The notes: generated by a model not told the origin, from the letters alone. A DNA stretch of 64,000 bases from Clostridia bacterium (GCA_017441005.1 JAFSAM010000005.1:27319-91318), one strand, 5' to 3'. Numbered from the stretch's first letter, positions 10,388 through 19,493 are shown. Made by a program: numbers and translations.

Positions 10388-10554
10388 TCACCTCTGAATG
10401 TATTATATCATAATTAGTTCTTTAATTCAATGCTTTGCGGAGCAAAGCTACCTTTTCTTTTCTCTTTTCTCTCTTATCTTTTCTCCGGAAACGACAATTT
10501 TAGAGAAGAGAGAAGAAAGAAGAGTGAAAAGTGAAGAGAACAAAAAGAAACGAC
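10388..10554 (-). repeat. Copy 1 of a ~167-bp duplicated module
   Basis: About 90% identical to 10889-11055 at an exact 501-bp offset. It contains, in plus-strand order: the RBS complement; a promoter (-10 at 10402-10407, -35 at 10425-10430); the hairpin gctttgc-gga-gcaaagc (10432-10448); a polypyrimidine tract (10451-10486); and a polypurine tract (10503-10540). Confidence 0.85.
10402..10430 (-). promoter_or_regulatory. Sigma-70-type promoter (orphan copy) reading toward the plsY terminator
   Basis: Minus strand reads TTGAAT-17 nt-TATAAT with an upstream TG. It is followed by agaggtg and only a 4-8 codon ORF before the terminator at 10287-10331. Confidence 0.45.
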
Positions 10555-10598
10555 CAAACGGTGTATAAGTGGGGTAAAACGACTAAAAGTAGTGTAAA

Positions 10599-10892
10599 TC
10601 AGTTACTATTAATTTTACGGATCATTTTTTGCTGTGTACAATCGTTTATTGAGAAAATGTGATAATGACCAATGCCGTATTCGATAGCTACAAAGAATAC
10701 AGTTTGGTTATCATTCTTAGCATAAAACACTTGACCAAAGCAAGGATTTACAGTTTGCTTTTTACCAAATACAAAGGCAGGGGATTTGTATGACTCCCAA
10801 GGAGTTTGCATAATCTTTACATCGTTATAGCAAACATCTGAACCCAAGGGATAGAATCCAAAGTAATTAACTTTCACAAACATGTTGTTCAC
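10599..10892 (-). CDS. Hypothetical 97-aa protein (no family recognised)
   Basis: ATG preceded by the RBS agaggtg at 7-nt spacing and a near-consensus promoter. It lies between the two repeat copies. No TM segment or signal peptide is apparent. Confidence 0.55.
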   Translation of the reverse strand: MNNMFVKVNYFGFYPLGSDVCYNDVKIMQTPWESYKSPAFVFGKKQTVNPCFGQVFYAKNDNQTVFFVAIEYGIGHYHIFSINDCTQQKMIRKINSN

Positions 10893-11055
10893 CTCTAGTT
10901 AAATTATATCACAAATTATTATATAATTCAATGCTTTGCGGAGCAAAGCTACCTTTTCTTTTATCTCTTCTCTCTTATCTTTTCTCTGGAAACGACAATT
11001 TGAGAGAAGAGAGAAGAACGAAAAGAGAAAAGTGAAAAGAACAAAAAGAAACGAC
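10889..11055 (-). repeat. Copy 2 of the ~167-bp duplicated module, abutting the tRNA-Leu terminator
   Basis: Same architecture as copy 1: hairpin at 10933-10949, then pyrimidine tract followed by purine tract. Its distal end (gaaacgacaa) forms one arm of the tRNA terminator. Confidence 0.85.
10903..10931 (-). promoter_or_regulatory. Sigma-70-type promoter of the 97-aa ORF
   Basis: Minus strand reads TTGAAT (10931-10926), 17 nt, TGaTATAAT (10908-10903), then ~25 nt to the ATG. Confidence 0.55.
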
Positions 11056-11085
11056 AACCTTCTGTCGAAAATTGTCGTTTCTTTT
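11047..11085 (-). terminator. Terminator downstream of tRNA-Leu
   Basis: Stem gaaacgacaa / ttgtcgtttc. On the minus strand it is followed by tttttgttctttt. Confidence 0.55.
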
Positions 11086-11169
11086 TGGTGCGGGTGACAG
11101 GAGTTGAACCTGCACGTCGGGGACACCAGATCCTAAGTCTGGCGCGTCTGCCAATTCCGCCACACCCGC
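11086..11169 (-). tRNA. tRNA-Leu (anticodon UAG), CCA encoded
   Basis: The reverse complement GCGGGTGTGGCGGAATTGGCAGACGCGCCAGACTTAGGATCTGGTGTCCCCGACGTGCAGGTTCAACTCCTGTCACCCGCACCA folds by eye into a cloverleaf. Acceptor stem GCGGGTG/CACCCGC. Anticodon stem CCAGA/TCTGG with loop CTTAGGA. Long variable arm. T-loop GGTTCAACTCC. Confidence 0.92.
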
Positions 11170-11329
11170 ATATTAATACAATGTATGCCGTTTCCCAAAC
11201 AAGCGGCATCAGCATCGGTTAGATATTTTATCATATTTTCTTAGCTATGTCAAGGCGATACGTGCAGTTTTTTGCTTGTTTCCTTTTACCTTTCCCCATT
11301 CTCAAAAAATTTTTTTAAAAAAATCAAAT

Positions 11330-11352
11330 TTTGACCTTGACTTTCTTTGACC
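11330..11352 (-). promoter_or_regulatory. CtsR operator 1 (reverse orientation, overlaps the -35)
   Basis: The reverse complement GGTCAAAgaaAGTCAAgGTCAAA matches the (A/G)GTCAAA-NAN-(A/G)GTCAAA consensus. Confidence 0.8.
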
Positions 11353-11365
11353 TTTGTGGTATGAT
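11337..11365 (+). promoter_or_regulatory. Sigma-A-type promoter of the ctsR operon
   Basis: TTGACT (11337-11342), 17 nt, TGgTATGAT (-10 at 11360-11365). Confidence 0.65.
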
Positions 11366-11380
11366 GTACTCGTAAAGAAA

Positions 11381-11403
11381 AGTCAAAGAAAGTCAAAGTC
11401 AAA
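11381..11403 (+). promoter_or_regulatory. CtsR operator 2 (downstream of the -10)
   Basis: AGTCAAAgaaAGTCAAAGTCAAA is a perfect heptad direct repeat plus a third heptad. Confidence 0.85.
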
Positions 11404-11451
11404 CAAATGTAGTTTGACCAATGATTACAAAAACAACAAAGAGGTGTTCAA

Positions 11452-11904
11452 ATGCTTATATCCGATGCAATTGCAAAGCTGATCGAAGAAATGATAAACG
11501 AGGGCGAGGGGGCTGCCGAGATCAAGCGAAATGACCTCGCGGGACAGCTCGGGTGCGTGCCAAGCCAGATAAACTACGTAATCACCTCGCGATTCACCCC
11601 GGAGCGCGGTTATATAATCGAAAGCCGAAGAGGGGGCGGAGGCTACATCCGCATAATTCGCAAGCAGATGGGCAAGGACGAATATCTGATGCATTTCCTG
11701 TATGCTGTCGGTGACTCGGTCGACGAAAAGGAGGCTGTAGCCTTCCTCGGCAACCTTTACGACAAGGAAGTGATCACTGAAAGAGAGTATATACTCCTAT
11801 GCAGTACCCTTTCAAACGGAGCGTTATCAAAGCTGCCGTCAGAAGCAAGAAATACCGTACGCGCCGACATATTGCGCCACGTTATTCTAAGGCTTATGAA
11901 GTAA
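11452..11904 (+). CDS. ctsR: Class III stress-gene repressor CtsR
   Basis: 150 aa with SDxIxxxI, LAxQxGCVPSQINYVI and the glycine-rich loop ESRRGGGGYIRI. It is followed by mcsA-mcsB-clpC. Confidence 0.92.
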   Translation: MLISDAIAKLIEEMINEGEGAAEIKRNDLAGQLGCVPSQINYVITSRFTPERGYIIESRRGGGGYIRIIRKQMGKDEYLMHFLYAVGDSVDEKEAVAFLGNLYDKEVITEREYILLCSTLSNGALSKLPSEARNTVRADILRHVILRLMK

Positions 11905-11946
11905 AATATAAACAAAACCATTTTCACCTATATGGAGGTATCAACT

Positions 11947-12486
11947 ATGATTTGCAACAAATGCGGAAAAAACAATGCTGAATTTTATTACAAACAAACA
12001 ATAAACGGACAGACCTCCGAATATGCACTTTGCGCGAAGTGCGCCGAGGAATTGAAGAACCAGGGGAAACTGAACATCAAACTCCCTTCCCTCTTTGATG
12101 ACTACAGCATCGGAAGCGGAGACAACGGACTTTTCGGTCTGTCAGAGCTTTTCGGACTCCCCTACGGCACACAAAAGACAAGGCATACGGAAAAAAAGAA
12201 ATGCACCCTCTGTGCCTCCACCTTTGACGAGCTTGTAAAATCCGGAAAGGTAGGCTGTGCAAAATGCTATGAGGTCTTTGCCGACGAGCTTAACCGAAGT
12301 GTGGAAAGCATACACGGAAAAGCAAAATATGCGGGCAAAAAACCAAAGAAATATAAAGAAAAAGAATCGAAGGAAGACAAACTCAAAGCCCTTCAGGCAG
12401 AATTAAAAGCTGCCATTGAAGCACAGGAATTTGAACGTGCGGCAACATTACGCGACGAGATACGCGGTATGGAAAACAACGGTTAA
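11947..12486 (+). CDS. mcsA: Protein-arginine kinase activator McsA (CxxC zinc fingers plus UVR domain)
   Basis: CNKCG, CAKC, CTLC and CAKC pairs, plus the C-terminal UVR motif FERAATLRDEI. RBS ggaggt lies 7 nt before the ATG at 11947. Confidence 0.85.
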   Translation: MICNKCGKNNAEFYYKQTINGQTSEYALCAKCAEELKNQGKLNIKLPSLFDDYSIGSGDNGLFGLSELFGLPYGTQKTRHTEKKKCTLCASTFDELVKSGKVGCAKCYEVFADELNRSVESIHGKAKYAGKKPKKYKEKESKEDKLKALQAELKAAIEAQEFERAATLRDEIRGMENNG

Positions 12487-12500
12487 GGGAGGTAAGCATC

Positions 12501-13508
12501 ATGGCTTGGTATAATGATATCGGAAAAGAAAATGACGTGGTAGTCAGCTCACGCATAAGATTTGCGAGAAACGTTGCCGACTATCCCTTTGAGTCAAAAA
12601 TGGACGATACCTCTGCAAAAGAAGTAATCGAAAAGGTAACAAAAGCACTGGGAAACGGTTTTGAATCGATCGATCTCTCCGACCTCACGGCTGTCGAATC
12701 GGGAGCCTTGGTCGAGAAGCATCTTATAAGCCCGAATTTCGCAAAAAAGAAAACACCGCACGCACTTTTACAAAACGATAAAGACCGTGTATCCGTTATG
12801 GTTTGCGAGGAAGATCATATAAGACTGCAGTGCATTCTCCCCGGACTCGCCCTTGATGAGGCATACAAGACAGCCTGTATTTACGACGACCGCCTCGACG
12901 ATAAGCTTAACATAGCGTTCAGCGGAGAGCTCGGATATCTCACTCACTGCCCCACAAATTTAGGAATCGGAATGAGAGCCTCTGTGATGGTATTTCTCCC
13001 CGCGCTGACCATGACCCGTTCAATGGAAAACCTCTCCGTTCAGCTTTCGAAGCTCGGATTTATAGTCAGGGGTATGTATGGTGAAGGGTCACAGCCGGAG
13101 GGTTGTCTCTATCAGATCTCAAACCGTATCACAATGGGGGTTACCGAAGAGGACACGATCAAACGTCTGAACGACATCGTAATGCAGATATGCGAAAAGG
13201 AACGAAAGGCAAGAGAGATGCTGAAGAGCGACAACTATTCGGCAATTGCCGACAGAGTGTGCCGCGCATACGGAATACTAAAATATGCAAGGATCATCAG
13301 CTCCAAGGAGTTTTTAAAGCACTTTGCCGACGTAAGGCTCGGCATAGCTCTCGGTATAATCACAGATATTACCTATGAAACGTTAGGAGAAATAATGATC
13401 GGCGTGTTACCCGCAAACCTTGTATTAAACAACGGCAACAAGCCTCTCGGTGATTTTGAAAGAGACGTACTGCGTGCAGATTATATAAGAGGCAACCTCG
13501 AAAAATAA
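12501..13508 (+). CDS. mcsB: Protein arginine kinase McsB (ATP:guanido phosphotransferase)
   Basis: 335 aa with SSRIRFARN, EEDHIRLQ, CPTNLGIGMRASV and GMYGEGS motifs. RBS gggagg. Confidence 0.92.
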   Translation: MAWYNDIGKENDVVVSSRIRFARNVADYPFESKMDDTSAKEVIEKVTKALGNGFESIDLSDLTAVESGALVEKHLISPNFAKKKTPHALLQNDKDRVSVMVCEEDHIRLQCILPGLALDEAYKTACIYDDRLDDKLNIAFSGELGYLTHCPTNLGIGMRASVMVFLPALTMTRSMENLSVQLSKLGFIVRGMYGEGSQPEGCLYQISNRITMGVTEEDTIKRLNDIVMQICEKERKAREMLKSDNYSAIADRVCRAYGILKYARIISSKEFLKHFADVRLGIALGIITDITYETLGEIMIGVLPANLVLNNGNKPLGDFERDVLRADYIRGNLEK

Positions 13509-13539
13509 ACTGCCCAACCAAACGAAAGGATGATAGATA

Positions 13540-16011
13540 ATGAACAGCAGATTTACACAGTCAGCACAAAATGCGCTTAACTCTGCCCTTGAATACGCCC
13601 GCGAAATGGGCCACACTTATATCGGAAGCGAACACATTTTGCTTGGTCTTCTGTCAGAGACCGACGGTGTCGCTTCTAAGATACTTACATCAAGAGGAGC
13701 AGTTTTTGAAACAATAAAGGAAACGGTGAAAGAAATATCCGGAGAGGGAAAAAAGACCGACGTCAGCGCGGCAGATATGACCCCCCGCACAAAAAAGATA
13801 ATCGAAGCGTCGGCATATCAGGCAATGCGACTCGGTCAGAATTATATCGGCACGGAGCATTTGTTGCTCGGACTGATTGCCGAAAGTGACTGCGTAGCGG
13901 TAAGGATACTTGCATCAAAAAACGTGAACCTGAACGAGGTTGCTACAGACCTTGTAAACTACGTCAAGGGCGTTGACGACGGTGTATTCGAAGACAGCCA
14001 GACAACGCCAAAAAACGTAGGCGACCTCAGAAAAGGCGAAAACAAGAGCAAGCTAAAGGATGCACCTACTCTTAAGCAATACGGAAGAGACCTTACCGCA
14101 ATGGCAAGGGAGGGCAAGCTCGACCCCATAATCGGAAGAGACACCGAAACGCAGCGAGTGATCCAGATACTCTCCAGAAGAACCAAAAACAATCCCTGTC
14201 TTATAGGCGAGCCCGGCGTAGGCAAGACTGCTGTTGCCGAGGGGTTGGCTCAAAAGATAGTCGAAGGGAACGTTCCCGAGACGCTTGCGGGAAAGATTCT
14301 TGTAACGCTCGACATTTCCGGAATGATAGCGGGTGCAAAATACCGCGGTGAATTTGAGGAAAGATTAAAGAATGTGATGGCGGAGGTCGCAAAAAATCCA
14401 AACATAATACTTTTCATTGATGAGATACACACCATAATCGGTGCGGGTGCGGCAGAGGGTGCCGTCGATGCAGCAAACATTTTAAAGCCTGCCCTTGCAA
14501 GAGGCGAGATGCAGGTAATTGGTGCTACGACCCTCGAGGAATACCGCAAACACATCGAAAAGGATTCCGCACTTGAAAGACGTTTCCAGTCGGTAACCGT
14601 AGGCGAGCCCACAAAGGAGGAAGCGATCCTCATTTTGAAGGGACTTCGCGATAAGTACGAATCACACCACAAGGTCAAGATAACCGATGAATCCATCGAG
14701 GCAGCGGTCAACCTATCCACAAGATACATCAATGACAGATACCTGCCCGACAAGGCGATCGACCTCATCGACGAAGCAGCGTCAAAAATCAGGATAAACA
14801 ACTTCACAAAGCCGAATGATCTTAAAGAGCTTGAAGAAGAATTAAAGAACGTTTCTTCCGAAAAGGAAGAGGCGATCAAGGCACAGGACTTTGAAAAGGC
14901 GGCAGTCATACGTGATAAAGAAAAAGAGCTCAAGTCAAAGTATGACGAGGCCAAAAAAGCATGGACCGAAAAGACGGGCGGCGAAACGCTGTCCGTAACC
15001 AAAGAGGATATCGCTGATATCGTTACACTTTGGACCGGCATTCCCGTAAAAAAGCTTGCGGACGAGGAGAGCGAAAAACTGTTAAACCTTGAAAGCATAC
15101 TAAAGGACAGAATAATCGGACAGGACGTTGCCGTAAGTGCGGTTGCAAGGGCGATAAAGCGTGGCAGAATGGGACTTAAAGACCCCAAGCGGCCAATGGG
15201 AAGCTTCCTGTTCCTCGGTCCGACGGGTGTAGGCAAGACCGAGCTTACAAAGGCGCTTGCCGATATACTCTTCGGCGATCCCAATGCAATGATCAGAATC
15301 GATATGTCCGAATATATGGAAAAGCACAGTGTATCAAAGCTGATCGGCTCCCCTCCCGGCTACGTCGGCTACGACGAGGGCGGACAGCTTACCGAAAAGA
15401 TACGCCGCAAGCCCTATTCGGTCGTTCTGTTTGACGAGATCGAAAAGGCGCATCCCGATGTATTCAATATGCTTCTGCAAGTACTTGAGGACGGCATTCT
15501 CACCGACTCTCAAGGCAGAAGGGTCGACTTCAAGAATACTGTTATAATTATGACCTCGAACGTCGGCGCATCCGCCCTTGAGACCAAGCGCAGCATGGGC
15601 TTTGCCTCAAGCGACGATACCGTAAAAGAAAAGGAAGACATAAAGACCTTGCTTATGTCCCACCTGAAGGAAACCTTCCGCCCCGAGTTCATAAACAGAA
15701 TTGATGAGATCGTCATCTTCAACAAGCTCACCCAGCCCGACATTGAAAAAATCTCCAACATTATGCTTGACGAGGTAGGAAAACGAATCGAAACATTAGG
15801 TGTAAAGGTCAAGTTTGACGAAAGTGTAACAAAGCTGGTATCCAAGGAAGGCTTTGACCCCTCGTTCGGTGCAAGACCGTTGCGCCGCACGATACAAAGG
15901 CTCATCGAGGATAGCTTTTCCACCGAAATGCTTGAGGGCAAATTCGCCTCGGGCGACAATGTAAGCATCAAAGCAAAAGACGGCGAGATCGTATACGAAA
16001 AGCAAAACTGA
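13540..16011 (+). CDS. clpC: ATP-dependent Clp protease ATP-binding subunit ClpC
   Basis: 823 aa with two Clp-N repeats, two AAA modules (GEPGVGKT and GPTGVGKT) and a UVR-like linker ([14 protein letters not shown]). Confidence 0.96.
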   Translation: MNSRFTQSAQNALNSALEYAREMGHTYIGSEHILLGLLSETDGVASKILTSRGAVFETIKETVKEISGEGKKTDVSAADMTPRTKKIIEASAYQAMRLGQNYIGTEHLLLGLIAESDCVAVRILASKNVNLNEVATDLVNYVKGVDDGVFEDSQTTPKNVGDLRKGENKSKLKDAPTLKQYGRDLTAMAREGKLDPIIGRDTETQRVIQILSRRTKNNPCLIGEPGVGKTAVAEGLAQKIVEGNVPETLAGKILVTLDISGMIAGAKYRGEFEERLKNVMAEVAKNPNIILFIDEIHTIIGAGAAEGAVDAANILKPALARGEMQVIGATTLEEYRKHIEKDSALERRFQSVTVGEPTKEEAILILKGLRDKYESHHKVKITDESIEAAVNLSTRYINDRYLPDKAIDLIDEAASKIRINNFTKPNDLKELEEELKNVSSEKEEAIKAQDFEKAAVIRDKEKELKSKYDEAKKAWTEKTGGETLSVTKEDIADIVTLWTGIPVKKLADEESEKLLNLESILKDRIIGQDVAVSAVARAIKRGRMGLKDPKRPMGSFLFLGPTGVGKTELTKALADILFGDPNAMIRIDMSEYMEKHSVSKLIGSPPGYVGYDEGGQLTEKIRRKPYSVVLFDEIEKAHPDVFNMLLQVLEDGILTDSQGRRVDFKNTVIIMTSNVGASALETKRSMGFASSDDTVKEKEDIKTLLMSHLKETFRPEFINRIDEIVIFNKLTQPDIEKISNIMLDEVGKRIETLGVKVKFDESVTKLVSKEGFDPSFGARPLRRTIQRLIEDSFSTEMLEGKFASGDNVSIKAKDGEIVYEKQN

Positions 16012-16018
16012 GTTACGC

Positions 16019-16055
16019 AAAAATGCACACGAATAATACTCGTGTGCATTTTTTG
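16019..16055 (+). terminator. Rho-independent terminator after clpC
   Basis: Stem atgcacacga / tcgtgtgcat followed by ttttt. Confidence 0.8.
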
Positions 16056-16100
16056 CATTCAGAAAATACTTCCCCCGGCATTGTTTATTGCGTAAAACTA

Positions 16101-16129
16101 TTGACAAAACCTGTCGGTAATAATAAAAT
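16101..16129 (+). promoter_or_regulatory. Candidate sigma-70 promoter
   Basis: TTGACA, 17 nt, TAAAAT, about 35 nt upstream of the 16163 ORF. Confidence 0.45.
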
Positions 16130-16162
16130 AAAAACAGTAAACAAAGGGAGGAAAAAACAAAA

Positions 16163-16639
16163 ATGAACTTAGGTAATGAAATAAAAAGAGACAGCTGTCC
16201 TGAAAAATACTACAAATCAAAAGGCTTTGCAAAGGACGTTTTGCCGATACTGATCCCCCTTGCGGTCATAGGAATAATATCCGGAATTCTGATGGGCACT
16301 TCAGGGGCCGGTATTATTATCACGCTTGTGATCGAGGCATTGTTCGTTGGCTTGGGAACTGCATTTTTATTGATTTTTATATCGGGCTCAAAAAAGAGAT
16401 TGTCACAGCAGCATATAAGCGTATGTGACAACGGTATATGCGGGGTATGCCCTTTAAGCGGTTCAAAAAACAGACGCTTTGAGCATGCATATTCAGAGAT
16501 CACAAAAATATCGACCAAGGGTGACAGACTCGTTATATATACCGAAAAAGGAAACGTATCGGTTACGGTATCAGATGCAGATGCGACAGCGGCACTGATA
16601 GACAGCAAGATAACAGAGATTCTGGAAAAACAGAACTGA
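16163..16639 (+). CDS. Hypothetical membrane protein (2 TM plus small C-terminal beta-rich domain)
   Basis: Strong RBS agggagg. There are two hydrophobic helices. No family is recognised with confidence. Confidence 0.6.
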   Translation: MNLGNEIKRDSCPEKYYKSKGFAKDVLPILIPLAVIGIISGILMGTSGAGIIITLVIEALFVGLGTAFLLIFISGSKKRLSQQHISVCDNGICGVCPLSGSKNRRFEHAYSEITKISTKGDRLVIYTEKGNVSVTVSDADATAALIDSKITEILEKQN

Positions 16640-16650
16640 TTTTGTGCACC

Positions 16651-16689
16651 AAAAAACGTGATAGCGAAAAAATGCTATCACGTTTTTTA
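16651..16689. terminator. Bidirectional terminator between convergent genes
   Basis: Stem acgtgatagc / gctatcacgt flanked by A6 and T6 runs. Confidence 0.75.
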
Positions 16690-18832
16690 TTACTCTTCTT
16701 TTTTCTTATCTTTAGACTTTTGACGTTTTTTAACCAAATATCCCCAGCCGCCGACAGCGAAGCACAAAGCGCCACCGCAGCACATTGCAATTACAGTAAA
16801 CGCCCCGACTTTCGGACCTCTGTCCCGTTCAAAATCGGAGTTGAAAAAATCGGTAACTTCTTCTGTAATGCTTCCTGTAGTTTCCGTAAATACTTCCGAG
16901 TCGTCCTTAGGGACATCGGTTTTCTCTATAGATACCTCACCGGACTCGGCATTTTCCGTAACGCTTTGCGAGTCAGACTCTTCTGCCGTCACGTCATCTG
17001 TATATGATCCACTTTCTTGTACCGTTTCCTCATCAGGCTCTGTTTCATCCTCGGTTTCTCGTTCGGGAACAGTAGTCTCCGGTAGGGTATTTAAAGGAAC
17101 AAAATCGGGAAGAGAGATAGTCATCTGATTGGAATCTCTGTAAAACTTATTTCTGATAGTAGAAAAATACTCTATAGACAGAGTTCTGCCGTCGTGCGAA
17201 AAATAGAGCATGGCAACAAGCCCCACCCCCCCCTTGCGATCGGTCGATCTCCTGCGGATCGATCAACATCTGGGTAACCAAGTTACCTTGATCGCCGTAG
17301 GACTGTGTAACGACTATATTGTCGCTCGGATCATGTCCCGACAATACAAGAAAGATATTGCTGTATTTTGAGATAAGCTTATCCCACATCTGATCTCCGT
17401 TGTTCTTTTTTCCGTCATTTGCACCCGAAGGGTTGGGGGGGTACTCGTCAAACATATCGAGCGTAGTGCCGTCTCTGAACAAGTAACTGTGAGTCGTAAT
17501 AATCACACGGTGATTTGGGTGCGATTCAATAATTTTTCCCGCCCAGGAAAGGACAGCATCGGACGGACCGTAATCGAGCGCCAGAAGCAGATAGTTTACA
17601 CCGCATACGCTGAACGTTCGCCACGAGTTATCGATCTTCCCCGCTTCGAAAAAGCCATTAAACTGGCTTGTATATGCATAGTTGTTGAAATACTGATTAA
17701 ACGGACCCGAGCCATCGTGATTCCCCTTCACAAGCGAATACGGAACAAGCCCGTTGAGTCTTGATATCTGACCGCTTGCCAATGCCCATTCGGCAGAAGT
17801 ATCGGCATCGGTTATATCACCGAGACCGAACACGAATTCGATCTTTTTGGAATATCTGTTTGCCACGATCCAGTCATAGATAGAATGGAAATTTTCGGGA
17901 TAATACCTTGCAAGTATCTGAGTGTCGCCCACCACACAGAAGGAATAGGCATAGTCCCCCACGTCGTATTTTGACGTCATCCAGCGTCTCTCGCAATAGA
18001 GATCGTAGCCATTCATTCCGGAGTCCGAAATATCACAGTTCTCGTCAGACGGAGAAACTTCATAGTGGGCTATCAGATCGGGCGCACAATCGTCAATGGA
18101 TATCATATCGGCTATGATCTCCGAAGAGTTTTTTACACTCGAAAACAAAGCGACCGAAGAGATACCGCCCTTAAAATACTGCGGATTTCCCGAGCGAAGG
18201 TCACCGCCAAACGAAAAACCGCTGTTCAGCATAGCGGGATCCTGGGGGTATGCCCCCTCGATAGTCTGGATCAATTCCCCGTTTACGTAGCATTCGACCC
18301 GATTTAATTCAATATTGTTTACCAAGGAAACGTTTATCCAAGCTTTTCTGCGGATGTCGACTTTATTGAATACGTAGTCATATACGTTTCCGAAAGAATC
18401 CGTGCAGTAAAGCCTTGGGATCCCGTTTGTGTATATCTCAAAGTTGATGCAGGCCTTTGTTCCGCCATAGTTGCCGATAACGACGCCTCCGCGACCGCTG
18501 TAGTCAGACGGAAACTTCAGCCATACCTCTATAGTATTCGGATAATCATTCAAGGGCTTTGTGGGATAATAGGAGGAGTCCTCGCTAAACCCCATTCCCG
18601 AACGCATGAAAATATCTTCGGGCAATTCTTCTTTTTCAAGTGGAGCTTGTTCGGTCTCGGCAAAAGTGGTGTCATTTTCGCTTACGGAAATGCTTTCGGT
18701 TGCCAAAAGAGTTTCTTCGCTTCCATTATCAACAGTTTCTTCTTTTATCTCAATTTGAGAGGCGAAAACGGAAATACAAAGAACCGATAACAGAATTACT
18801 AATACACATATAAAACCGCATATACGCTTCAT
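16690..18832 (-). pseudogene. Surface-anchored LamG-like plus calcineurin-like metallophosphoesterase protein, interrupted by a +1 frameshift in a G8 tract
   Basis: The upstream ORF (17147-18832/18844) has a signal peptide, a LamG-like block (IEVWLKFPSDYSGRGGVVIGNYG) and phosphoesterase motifs (GLGDITD, GNHD, TTHSY, SGHD). After QGGG its reading frame degenerates. The downstream ORF (16690-17226) continues in another frame with GLVAMLYFSHDGRTLSIEYFSTIRNKFY, an acidic linker, a TM helix and KKRQKSKDKKKEE. Removing one G from the run at 17226-17233 joins the two ORFs. Confidence 0.7.
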
Positions 18833-18851
18833 AAAACATCTCACTTCCGAT

Positions 18852-19493
18852 TTATTGGCATAAAACTATGCCTATATCAACGTTGATAAGCCTACCTATC
18901 AAATCGGGTGCCTGACCGAGAAACAGCCCTTTTTTATAAAAACCGATCGACACCGTAAGATCCGACTTTACGGCAAGAACAGCACTTCCGTCATCGCCGT
19001 CAAGCCCGCTGTTTATATCCACACTGATCACATAGGCTGTAGAATTGTTGATCATCTCAATTGCTTTTTTTACTTTATCCTTAGGCTCACCCTTGAAGCC
19101 TGTACCAAGTATGCAGTCAACAATGACATCATAGCCCGAAAATTCGGTCGAGCCGTCGAAAACAGATGTACCGACGCCCTTTTTTAAGGCTTCGTTATAA
19201 TAATACAAGCCGTCGTCGGAAAACCTTTCGGACACTCTGTAAATATGGCAAGCATAACCGTTTTCGGCAAGTATTCCGGCAAGCGCATAGCCGTCTCCGC
19301 CGTTATTTCCCGATCCGCAAACAATGGCGATATTCTTGTTTTTCCAATCAAAGGAGCTGTATACCCCTTCCGCAGCGCGGTACATAAGCACCTTGCTTTC
19401 GGTAAAATTATCTATAGTATACTTGTCGCTTTTCCTCATTTGTTCTACGGAAACAGCATTTAAAAATTCAATACTGTCAACACAAGGCTTCAT
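18852..19493 (-). CDS. nnrE: NAD(P)H-hydrate epimerase (YjeF N-terminal domain only)
   Basis: CGSGNNGGDGYALAGIL motif. At ~213 aa there is no C-terminal dehydratase domain. Confidence 0.8.
   Translation of the reverse strand: MKPCVDSIEFLNAVSVEQMRKSDKYTIDNFTESKVLMYRAAEGVYSSFDWKNKNIAIVCGSGNNGGDGYALAGILAENGYACHIYRVSERFSDDGLYYYNEALKKGVGTSVFDGSTEFSGYDVIVDCILGTGFKGEPKDKVKKAIEMINNSTAYVISVDINSGLDGDDGSAVLAVKSDLTVSIGFYKKGLFLGQAPDLIGRLINVDIGIVLCQ

Noticed and set aside
10388-11055. Possibility that the repeated sequence is a CRISPR array or IS element
   Set aside because: There are only two copies, each 167 bp, at a 501-bp period. No cas genes, no transposase and no terminal inverted repeats flanking a transposase-sized ORF are present.
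10899-11215. Three overlapping 62-84 aa minus-strand ORFs
   Set aside because: They run through tRNA-Leu, its terminator and the Pyr/Pur repeat. The translations are low-complexity (FLFSFFSLLS, REKIREKR) and are explained by the RNA gene and the repeat.
14250-15284. 344-aa minus-strand ORF inside clpC, plus smaller ones at 13959-14401 and 15510-16107
   Set aside because: It is antisense to a clearly intact clpC. The translation is Ser/Phe/Pro-rich low-complexity sequence, typical of the reverse frame of a GAA/AAG-rich gene.
16690-17226. 178-aa ORF as an independent gene
   Set aside because: Its 'start' is an in-frame GTG inside the G-tract junction. The first ~35 residues continue the metallophosphoesterase C-terminal domain of the upstream ORF. 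It is better explained as the 3' part of one frameshifted gene.
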